Positions 40,021 to 50,859 of a stretch of 64,000 nt of DNA are shown in pieces. The translations under genes were made by a program, and so were the position numbers. This stretch comes from Squalus acanthias (lineage: Eukaryota). Every line of letters starts with the position of its first letter. Positions within the stretch are counted from its first letter, which is position 1. The notes beneath the pieces were generated by a model, which was not told the DNA's origin, made no database searches, and saw only the letters and a list, made by a program, of their open reading frames with translations. The stretch is taken from positions 151,964,001 through 152,028,000 of the forward strand of contig CM059432.1 of assembly GCA_030390025.1 (NCBI GenBank). The letters run 5' to 3'.

Positions 40021-40259
40021 CAGTATGAACTAGAACCAAGCTTCAGTATTCTGGCTAATCTACAAATCAGAGTGCCTTGCCTGTCTTGCAGACAGCTAGT
40101 TCCCAGTATCCATTTTGACAGAGGCTTCCAAATGTATTTTTGCTGAGCCCTCCTTCATAGATTCAAGTCCCATGCGGGCCCCTGTCTTTCTAAGAAACAG
40201 TAGACAGAACTTTCAACTTTGACGGGGGTGTAAAACAGGTGGTAACAGAGCAGCTGAAA

Positions 40260-40700
40260 GTGTTAAATTATTATGACAGGTTGCATAAACTTGTCTTATA
40301 TTCCCTTGAGCTTAGAAGGTTGAGGGGTGTTTAAAATGGTAAAGGGATTCGCTAGAGTAGATACTGAAAAACTATTTCCTCTGGTGGGGTAATCCTGAAC
40401 AAGGAGGCATACTGTTAACATTAGTGCTAGGCCATTAAGGAGTAAAATCAGGAAGCATGTTTTCACTCAAAGGTTAGTGGAAATCTGGAACTCTCTTTCC
40501 TCCCCGCCCCCCCTCCCCAAAAGGTTGTAGATGCTGGGTCAACTGAAAATTTCAAGACTAATATCAATAGATTTTTGTTGGGTGAGGGTGTCGAAGGATA
40601 TGAAACAAAGGTGGGGAAGTGGAGTTGAGGTACAGATCAGCCATGATCTAATTGAATGGCAGAATAGGCTTGAGGGACTGAATGGCTTCCTCCTGTTCCA
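40260..40700 (+). mobile_element. Degraded CR1 3' fragment
   Basis: CR1 ORF2 end and 3' UTR (CAGCCATGATCT...GAATGGC). Confidence 0.75.
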
Positions 40701-41081
40701 GTGAAAACAGCAACGAGAATCACCCTTCATTAGATTGCGTTCATTCCTGTGTGTGGGTATCACCATTGATTAAATGCACCCAACTCATGTTTGTTCAGAC
40801 CCGATGTCCTCCTCGCTTCCCTCTGATAACCTTGTCGTGCCCCACTTGGGGAGGGGGCGGCACCCTCAGTTTGGGAACATCTGCATTTTGGAATTTGGTC
40901 AGCTATATTAAACTCTAGCGATTTCTAAAACGTATTTACCCTGAATATCTGCAGTTATATAAAAAATAAAATACTGAAATCTCCCTAAACATTACAAATC
41001 ATCTAAAGAAGTTAATGTAACTTTCACAGTTGCAGTAAAATATGACAACAATCTGTTTAAATTAACCACAATTTTTTTCAG

Positions 41082-41198
41082 GGTTATGACAATACGGAGA
41101 GCAGTGTTCGCAAGGCAAGTGTATTTTGCCTTGTAGCCATCTATTCAGTTATTGGTGAAGACCTTAAACCCCACCTGGGTCAACTCACTGGCAGTAAG
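41082..41198 (+). CDS. CLASP2: CLASP2 coding exon (GYDNTESSVRKASVFCLVAIYSVIGEDLKPHLGQLTGSK)
   Basis: TTTTTTTCAG acceptor, GTAAAC donor; 117 nt, phase 0/0. Confidence 0.95.
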
Positions 41199-41848
41199 GT
41201 AAACTAAATGTGTTGTTTTTGTATACTTTGTATCATGCACCTATGGCTGTAGATTTGTTATTAGTAAAGTTATGAGTAGTTTTGTGTGCTCAATGGTATA
41301 GCTACATATGCATCAGCAATTCCAGCTAAGAAGCCCACTGCTGCTTATATAATTTTCTTTAAAAATATGTGGGTAACCTTTCAGGCTGACAATTATGTGT
41401 TAAAGGAGAGGTCTCAAAGTTCAATTACTGAATAACATACCTGACAGGATATTAACTTCATATTGCCAGTTGCAAATGAGCATTAACTATATGTAGAATA
41501 GAATTATAGCACGTCACAACACAAACAGGCATTCATACCATCAATTGTGCTGGTTGTCCTTGCATGAGCTACCTAATATAATGCAACTTGCTTGCCATAC
41601 TATTTAATATTCCTCTTTTTCAAGCAACTATCTAATTCCCTTTTAAAGAAATCTATAGACTATGTTCAGCAACTGTTTGTGACAGAATACTCTGCGTTTT
41701 AACCTCCCAATAAAAAAAATTTTCAAGCTTTTTTAATTCTTTACCAAACCATTTTCCTCATTTGTTCATAAGAGCATAGGTAGGCCATTCGGCTCTTCTA
41801 GCCTGCTGCTCCATTCAATAAGATCATGGCTGATCATCTACCTCAACT

Positions 41849-42975
41849 TGCTTTTTGTGGTATATATCAATGATTTAGGTTTGAATATAGTGGGTATGAT
41901 TAAGAAGTTTGCAGACAATACAAAAATTGGCCATGTGGTGGATAATGAAGAAGAAAGCTGCAGAATGCAGGAAGATATCAATGGACTGGTCAGGTGGGCA
42001 GAACAGTGGCAAATGAAATTCAATCCGGAGAAGTGTGAGGTAATGCATTTGGGGAGGGCTAACAAGACAAGGGAATACACAATAAATGGTAAGACACTGA
42101 GAAGTGCAGAGGGACCTTGGAGTGCATGTCCACAGATCCCTGTAGGTAACAGGACAGGTAGATAAGGTGGTTAAGAAGGCATACGGTATACTTGCCTTTA
42201 TTAGCCGAGGCATAGAATATAAGAATGAGAAGTCGCACAACACCAGGTTATAGTCCAACAGATTTATTTAAAATTACAAGCTTTCGAAGCTATCGATCAC
42301 CCCTTCTTCAGGTAAAGTTACTATGAGTGAATCTACAAAAGTTCACAGAATTTAAACACACATCATAGAATATAAGAGCAGGGAGGTTATGCTTGAACTG
42401 TATAAAACACTAGTTAGGCCACAGCTAGCGTACTGCGTACAGTTCTGGTCACCACATTACAGGAAAGATGTGATTGCGCTAGAGAGGGTGCAGAGGAGAT
42501 TTACGAGGATGTTGCCTGGGCTGGAGAATTTTAGCTGTGAGGAAAGACTGGATAGGCTGGGGTTGTTTTCTTTGGAACAGAGGAGGCTGAGGGGAGACCT
42601 AATTGAGGTGTATAAAATTATGAGAGGCCGAGATAAAGTGGATAGAAAGGACCTATTTCCCTTGGCAGAGGGGTCAAAAACTAGGGAGCATAGATTTAAA
42701 GTAAATGGTAGGAGGTTTAGAGGAGATTTGAGGGGAAATTTTTTCACCCAGTGGGTGGTGGGGGGTCTGGAACTCACTGCCCGAAAGGGTGGTAGAAGCA
42801 GAAACTCTCACCACATTCAAAAAGAACTTGGATGTGCACATGAGGTGCTGTGGCCTACAGGGCTACGGACCAAGAGCTGGCAGGTGGGATTAGGCTGGAT
42901 AGCTCTTTGTCGAATGGCGCGGACACAATGGGCCGAATGGCCTCCTTTGTGCTGTAAATTTCTATGATTCTATGA
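41849..42975 (+). mobile_element. CR1 3' part inserted into a - strand CR1 3' end (41768-41848 / 42975-43372)
   Basis: ORFs 41848..42165 and 42389..42967; tail TTCTATGATTCTATG; host resumes AACTCCACCTT. Confidence 0.9.
42211..42377 (-). mobile_element. Penelope-like mini-element (family B), single arm, 14-bp TSD, hammerhead at 42274-42315
   Basis: TSD CATAGAATATAAGA at 42211-42224 and 42364-42377; - strand TTAC-CTGAAGA-A-GGGG...CTTC-GAAAG-CTT-GTAA. Confidence 0.8.
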
Positions 42976-44210
42976 ACTCCACCTTCCTGCACTATCCCCA
43001 TTCCCCTTGAGTCCCTTAGTATCCAAAAATCTATCGATCTGTGTCTTGAGTATACTCAACGATTAAGCATCCACAGCTCTCTGGGGTAGAGATTTCCAAA
43101 GATTCACAACCTTTTGAGTGAAGAAACTTCTCCTCATCTCAGTCCTAAATGGCCAACCCCTTATTCTGAGACTGTGACCCCCATTTCTGGACTCGCCAGC
43201 CAAGAGAAACATCCTCCCTGCATCTACCACGTCAAGCCCCTTAAGAATTTTATATGTTTCAATGAGATCACCTCTCATTCTCTAAACTCTAGGGAATATA
43301 GGCCTAGTCTACTCAATCTCTCCTCATAGGACAATCCCCTCATCCCAGGAATATATGACAATCCCCTCATCCATCACATACCTTATGATTTATTCTAATG
43401 ATGAAAGCATAAGAGATAAGTTTGTGAATCTGGAAAAAACATTGAAAGAAATGTGTGATGTAACAGGGATAGCAGAGACTCTGATAAGCTAGTATTAAAT
43501 GTAATATAAATGTGTCAAATTTTTTGTCTTTTAATACTCCTGTAAAGCGCCTTGGGATGTTTTATTATGTTAAAGGCGCTATATAAATACAAGTTGTTGT
43601 TGTATTAACTGGGAGATTAATGTATCGGGGTGGAGATCTACAGAAAGATTAAGTAAAACAAAACAGTTGGTGAAGTGTCAGTGAGAGCAAATGAGGATGT
43701 AAAGTCCATAGCAAGAATTGATATAAGGGCCCTGACTGGTGCAGCAGAGACAATTTAGACAAAGGTCAAGGATAATGAGGAAAAGAAGGCGATTATTAGT
43801 TGTCAAAGGCACCCTGCACAGCAGGAAAGGTTATTTTATTTCAGATGAGGGAGACTTGTAAAGAAACCAATATGTTGATCATGGGGATTTCAATTACCTA
43901 GATATTCATTGGAAAAATAGCACGGGCAAAACTTGGACAAACTTGAATGTGGAAGCCATCTTGCACCAGCTCCAAAATCAAACATCCAACGCAATCAGTG
44001 GCTATTGTGGGTGTAATCTTTTGCAATGATCAAGTTATGGCACATATAGTAGAATTAGAGAATCATCTAGGATGCAGTGATTATTCTACTTTTAGAACCA
44101 AAGTACTCGTGAGGTTTCAGAAAAAGATAGTGGTACAAGAATATTGGACTCCAAAAGAGCAGACTATCACAGAATGTGAAATGAGTTAGAAAAGGTTAAT
44201 TAAAGACAAT

Positions 44211-44965
44211 GAGTCGGATATTCCGATCCCTATGGGTGTGTGTGCGCTGTGTACCCACCCGTAGGGACATTGGAAATGCCGGTTTCAGGCATGCACTGCG
44301 CATGCGCTGGAAACCGGCATTTCCGATCTGTCAAGAAAGCTCTTGACAGATCCTCCGGCTGCCCGGGAGAAGGGCCTCTGCGGGTGGAGAGTTCCGCTTT
44401 TTGGAGACCCTCCGCCTGCAGAAAACACTTACAATTCTTGCATCTGGTAAAAGCAGGCGTAAGGCCTGCTTTTACCAGGATAAGAGTTGAAAAAAGTTTT
44501 TTTTTTAATTTCCACTGATTTATCATTTAAAAACACTTTAAAGAAAGGTAAGTTTATTTTTAGCCCCGTTAAAAACTTTAATTGTTTTTTTCAAAAATTT
44601 AAATTTTTGTTTAAAATAGTTAATTTATGTAATTTCAAGTCATTTTAAAAATGATGGGTTTTTTAAAATTTATTTAAAGTTTTACTATGTTTTGGGGGTG
44701 ATCTCTATTCATATATTTGACAGGTCTTCCTGTCAAATATATGAAGGGAGATTCCCTTCTGTGATTGGCTCCCCATGGCCCAGGTGATCCCAGGGACGCT
44801 GCGAACTACCTGCGCCCCTGGGATACGTGGGCCCTGCGCACCGGCAGTTTGGAGAGGCCTAGCAGCGGAACTGTGCGCCTCCCGGGAGCCCTCCGGTCTT
44901 GGCGCAGATTTTTCCAGATCGCAGCCCTCCGCCCGCGGGAGGCCTGCGATCGGAATATCTGGGCC
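44211..44965. mobile_element. Non-autonomous DNA transposon (PIF/Harbinger-type MITE)
   Basis: 18-bp TIRs (GAGTCGGATATTCCGATC / GGCCCAGATATTCCGATC, 14/18), 3-bp TSD AAT, no coding capacity. Confidence 0.75.
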
Positions 44966-45767
44966 AATGTTTGAGAGACTTTCAATAAAAGAGTATTTAA
45001 GAAAGTATTGGTGAAGCTAGAATTGAATCTCATTCCAGCCAAATCAAAACTGGTTACAGGGCAACAGAGGTCATGGTGATGTAGGAATATAAAGAATAGT
45101 ATGAGGAATAAGCAGAAGACTTTGAAAACCTCGAAAGAATCCAGTAGGCAGCAAAAGAACAAGCAAATACAGGTGAACCAAGGGATGAGAAACCAAAAGG
45201 AAAATTGAGTGTAAATTGCTGAGTTGTCTCCAGTCCAATGAAGTAAACGAAGAGTGGAAAAGTATTGTCCCATGTAAAACCCTGGACTCCAGATACAAAG
45301 GAACAGTGGTTATTAAATAGCTAATTACTCAGGAAGGAAGGTTGCACAATTTACATCAGATTTCCAGAAATGGTATTATAGGAGCTAAATGACATACAAA
45401 TAATGCTGAATACACCTCTATACCTTTGGAAAAATCTGACACTGCACATTGTGCTCTAATTATCCTTCACCATCTATCTCTGCTTCACCTGAAGATTACG
45501 TTTGGTCTTCACTCCCGTGTAAAACACCACAGGAGATTGACTAGTATGGTTATTTTAAAAAAAAAGTTAGTTGCTATTAAAACTGACAAATGACCTACAA
45601 ATCTTAAAGGAGATGGAGTTTGAAATTAGTTAAGCTTCAGCTAACATTTCTGTAAGTTTGCTAAATGTGGGAGCCATTCCTGAGGACTGGAAAGTAACTA
45701 ACAGATAAAAACAGAAAATGCTGGAAATACTCAGCAGGTCAGGCAGCATCTGTGGAGAGAGAAACAA

Positions 45768-45804
45768 AGTTAACGTTTCAGGTCGATGACCTTTCATCAG
45801 AACT
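45768..45804 (-). ncRNA. Minimal type I hammerhead ribozyme motif of the PLE
   Basis: AGTT-CTGATGA-A-AGGTC(ATC)GACCT-GAAAC-GTT-AACT. Confidence 0.72.
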
Positions 45805-45936
45805 GGAAAAAAGTTAGAGATATAACAGGTTTTAAGCAAATACAGAGGCAGGGAAAGGCGGGGAGGGGAGGAAAGAACAAAAACGGAAGGTCTGTGATAG
45901 GTTGGAAGGGAGGAAAGATTAAATGACAAAAGGGAT

Positions 45937-46163
45937 TGACATGAATCTTGTCATTCATGTGGAAATGACTTATGAAATAATACTGGGCGGCCTGCTGGTG
46001 GCGCTGTCTAGGGAGAGTATAAATACTCGGGCATGGGCCCAGCTTGCTCAGGACATTCTTTAACAGGAACTAGTGAAGGACAACTAGATCTCCATGTTGT
46101 AAAACAGTTGATTAAAGCTTTGTTTAACGCTTAGACCAAGTGCCTAGTAGTTTTCTTACGTCA
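45937..46163 (+). mobile_element. Solo LTR (227 bp) inserted in the PLE
   Basis: TGAC...GTCA termini, 5-bp TSD GGGAT (45932-45936, 46164-46168), TATAAA at 46018, ATTAAA at 46111. Confidence 0.75.
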
Positions 46164-49100
46164 GGGATGATGGTGCAAGGTAAAAGGGAATGGTAATGGG
46201 ACATAAAGAAACAAAAGATGGGTCTAGAAGAGGTGTAAATGGGAATAGCAGAATCAGCACCTGCTGTCTGGAAAAAATGGGGGCAGAGGTTATGATCTGA
46301 AATTGTTGAACTCATTGTTGAGTCCGGAAGGCTATAAAGTGCCGAATCAAAAGATGAAGTGCTGTTTCTCGAGCTTTTGTTGAGCTTCTATTGGAACAGT
46401 GAAGGAGGCTGAGGTCAGAGTGGGAGTGGAGCGGAGAATTAAAGTGACAGGCAACCAGAAGCTCAGGGTCACGCTTGCAGACTGAACAGAGGTGTTCTGC
46501 AAAGTGGTCACCCAATCTGTGTTTGGTCTCCCCAGTGTAGAGGAGACCGCATCGTGAGCAGTGAATACAGTATACTAAATTGAAAGTAGTACAAGTAAAT
46601 CGTTGTTTCACCTGGAAGGAGTGTTTGGGACCCTGGACTGTGAGAAGGGAGGAAGTAAAAGGGCAGATGTTGCATCTCCTACGCTTGCACGAGAAGGTGC
46701 CGTGGGAAGGGGAGGGGGTGTTGGGGATGATTGAGGAGTGGCTAGGGTGTCACGAGGTAACTGTCCCTTCGGAATGCTGAAAGGGGAAGGGAAGATGTGT
46801 TTGGTGGTGGGATCACGCTAGAAGTGGCGGAAGATGATCCGTTGAATGTGGAGGCAGGTGGGGTGGAAGGTGAGGACAAGGGGAACCTTATCATGGTTCT
46901 GGGAGGGAGGGTAAGGGGTGAGAGCAAAAGTGCGGGAACTGGAACAGACACGGTCGAGGGCCCTGTCAACCACGGAAGGGAATCCTCAGTTGAGGAAAAA
47001 GGATGACATACCGGAAGCACTGGTATGAAAAGTGGCATTGTCAGAACAGATGAGACGGAGAAACTGGGTGAATGGAATAGAGTCCTTACAGGAAGCGGGA
47101 TGGGAGGAAGTGTAGTCAAGGTAGCAAGGGGAGACAGTGGGCTTACAGTGGATATTGGTCGATAGCCTATCCCCAGAAATGGAGACAGAGAAGTCGAGGA
47201 AGGGAAGAGTCTGAGATGGACCATGTGAAGGTGAGGGAAGGGTGGAAATAGAAAGCAAAGTTGATGACATTTTCCAGTTCAGAGCGAGAACACAAAACGG
47301 CACCAATATGGTCATCAGTGTACTGGAAAAAGAGGTGAGAGAGGGGACCTGAGGATGACTGGAACAAAGAATGTTTATCAGTCCTACTCATATCCCACGA
47401 AAAGGCAGGCACAGCTAGGACCCATGCGGGTTCCCATAGCAACGCATTTTATTTGGAGGACGTGAGTGGAGTCAAAGGAGAAGTTGTTCAATGTGAGAAC
47501 AAGTTCAGCCAGGCGGAGGAGGGTGGTGGTGGATCGGGACTGGTTGGGTCTCTGTTCAAGGAAGATGCGGAGTGCCCTCAGGCCATCCTGGTGAGGGATG
47601 GAGGTGTAGAGGGATTGGACATCCATGGCGAAAAGGAGATGGTTTGGGCCAGTAAAGTGGCGGAGGGCGGCAGAAGTGTCGCAGATATAGGTGGGAAGAG
47701 ACGGACAAGGGGAGAAAAAATAGAGTCGAAATAGGAAGAAATCAGTTCCGTGGGGCAAGAACAGACTGAAACGATGGGTCTACCAGGGAAATCCTGTTTG
47801 TGGATCTTGGGAAGGAGGTAAAAGTGGGCTGTGCGGGTTTGGGGGTCTATGAGGTTGGAGGCCGTGGAGGGAAGATCTCCAGAGGAGATGAGGTCAGTGA
47901 CAGTCTTGGAAAAAATGGCTTGATGTTCGGTCATGGGGTCATGGTCCAGGGGGAGGTAGGAGGAGGTGTCGGAGAGGAGGAACAGGGTTGCTGTTTAGCC
48001 TCCACAAGGTAGAGGTCAGTTCGCCAAACAACAACAGTGCCACCCTTGTCAGCAGGTTTAATGACAATGTTAGGGTTGGATTTGAATGAACGGAGTGCTG
48101 CAAGTTCAGAGGGAGGTAGGTTGGAGCGAGTGAGGGGAGCAAAGAAATTGAGACGGCCAATGTCACACCGGCAGTTCCCAATGAAAAGATCTAGAGAGGG
48201 TAAAAGGCCAAGGGAGGGGTCTAGGTAGAACAAGAATTCTGAAGATTCTTGCGGGGTAAGATTCCTGGCCAAAGAAGTGAGCGCAGAGGCAAAGGCGATG
48301 GAAGAAGAGCTCAGCGATGTGCCAAACCCGAAATTTATTGAGGTGTGCGTAAGGGGATGAAGCTTGGGACTTTGCTGAGGACTGATCGTTCGGGGTCAGA
48401 GAGGGGAAGGTCAGAGGGGATAGTGAAAAGCGCACGGTTAAACGATTCAAGAAAGGGAGTTATTATTTAGCTAATCACAAACGTAGTAGAGTTGTGAAGT
48501 AAATTACATGGGGAAACTAATGAAGCAGACAATATCGATAGGTTCAAGAAATAATTAGATGCATTTCTAAAGCGAGAAGGGATATGGTCAGAAGGGGTGG
48601 GTAGATAGATGGAATGGACATGCTTGCTGGGTTTAATGGCTTTTCCTACTCCTAATTGTGACAGATCCATCATCAACTGGGGAAAATTACTTTAGCAGAA
48701 TCTTCACAAGCATTTTACACATTTTGAATTCTTGCAAGAGTCATGTGACTGTCACATAAGGTCCTCTTTTTCTTCTTCCCAACAGCAGTGTTTTGAATTT
48801 GCTCTCGCAGTAGCAGAAGTCCTCAATTTTTCCACTGCAGAATCAGTGAATTCTAACTTTTGAAGCTGCAGTGTCATTCAGTTTGGTTGAAGAAATTTTG
48901 TCATCAAAAGATTTACTCTTGCTGGAATCAATTTATATATTAAAGTAATTTTTCTGAGATTTAATTGGACCATTAGCTGAAGCCTCGTTAGGTAAAATTA
49001 AGCTTTCCCTCTAGAAATTGAAAGCATACATAAAGCAAACATCACAACTTAAGCTTTACCTTGATTAGTAAATCTATCTATGTAGTAAATTAAAAATCTA

Positions 49101-50114
49101 CATCTGCATGCACTTTATCAACTTTATAAATTCTAGTGTCCCCATTTATAATGGAAACTGTCTGTGTAAACGTGTCACGCTGTAATTGCACTCCGACCGC
49201 CCCAGTTGATGCACTTCAGCGTGACAAGTTTACGTAGGCAGTTTCTATTACAAATGTGGATATAATAATTCATAATGGAATTATGTCTGCATGTCTTGGA
49301 CTAGTTGACATGTGCTTCATCTGACAACTACACTTGTGCAGCACCACAGGAGATCAACTAGTTTAATGGAAAGAAGTTAGCCTTGTTCATTGATTCTTTG
49401 AGAATCTTTGGATAAGCATAGAAAAATTGCCTCCACTAGTGAATGCTGCATTCCACCGTAAGGGTTCCATAGTCCATTCCATGTCTGCAATGATGGGCAG
49501 GTGATCCTCTTCCATATCACTGCCAATGTTGCTGTTAGTGGCTATTAAGGTACCAAACTAATTTATTTGGCTTTTTTTTTTCTTTTAACCCCTGTAAACT
49601 GGCTCAGATTAGAGTGCATTGAGCAGAGAACTTAGGTTGTGAATCTTTGTCCTATCAATGCTATTGGGCAGCATATTTGTGCACTGATTTGCTGAGCCAT
49701 GCCCTGTGGCATCCATTTTCTAGCTATCTCCCTTGTTACAGTGCTAAAAACAAAAGAGTCAATATTTTATCGACATAATATTTCAAGTTTCCTGCAAGAG
49801 ACATTAGCGTCCTAATTACTATTTTTCCATTCAGAATTCATTTGATGGGACTGTTCAAAGCAGTCTAAACTCACATCACACAATGGACAAATTAGCTCTT
49901 GCACTTCATCCAACTGCACTTGGAACCAAGCTGAAAAGCATTATACTCTTTCATTAAGCCCACTTTTTTTTCCCCTCCACCTAATTCTTGTGACCTGATT
50001 AATACAGTGCCATGGTTCTAGTGCCCGAGTTAACATCTCGGAGGTAAGTTGTGAAAATGAATTCAATGTATTTGATCATTTGTGGGCCGACATCAGAAAA
50101 GAAAATGATTGTTG

Positions 50115-50305
50115 TAAAGACCCTTCAGGGAAGGGAACCCTGCACCCCTACCTGGTCTGCCCTACATGTTACTCCAGTCCCACACTAAATAATTGACTTA
50201 ATGTCATTCTGAAGTGGCCTGACAAGCTAATGAGTTGCAAAACAGGGCACCTTGGGATGGGCAATAAATGCGGCCTTGCCCACATCCTGACAACAAAAAA
50301 TAAGA
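50115..50305 (+). mobile_element. SINE-like fragment sharing its 3' tail with the 19483 LINE
   Basis: GGGATGGGCAATAAATGC..GGCCTTGCC-CACATCC + A-rich tail, matching reverse complement of 19490-19555. Confidence 0.6.
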
Positions 50306-50859
50306 AAGAAAACCTATGCTCCCTCATTTGTGCTGCTATTGATTGTAAAGTTGATTGAAAGCGATATTTTAGAATTTCAAAATAATCGAAAGCCCTTTAA
50401 ATAACATCACGTGTATGATGAAGCCTGTGAATCGCAGTACACCCATTATCAGTGGATAGGTGAGCGTTCAATACAACTGTGTTTTCTCCATGACAAAAAC
50501 TGAAGCCTGTATCTCTTCTTTTTTCTGTGCAATAGTTTTGCTATTAGTGGTGTAATGACACAGCAGACACCATTTTTATATAATAAACAGCGAGGACTAC
50601 TGTGCCTTTGCCACAAGTTACCTTCCTATCAATCCTATTGTACTTTAAATCTCTCTTATAGTCATCTCAAATGTCCCAAAACAGCATACAAGATTCTAGC
50701 TGCTAATTTACACAAGTCACATTTGATGCCAGTTATGCAGATTAGAATGCAATCTTTGTTAGAATTTAGAATAATGCTAACATTGTAATATTGTGGCCAT
50801 TTAATTTATTTATAGCCTTGCACTTCACTCAAGCAAGAGAATAACTGGTCTGTGTTAAA

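Larger units (their letters stand above)
45706..48445 (-). mobile_element. Penelope-like retroelement (PLE), 5'-truncated and frameshifted: RT + GIY-YIG endonuclease + terminal repeat with hammerhead
   Basis: IKPADKGG, FYLLPKIHK..PGRPIVS, MDVQSLYTSIPH, AMGTRMGPS, YTDD, FLDFSV; GIY-YIG NLVYCIHCSRCGLLYTGET (46312..46611). Confidence 0.92.
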
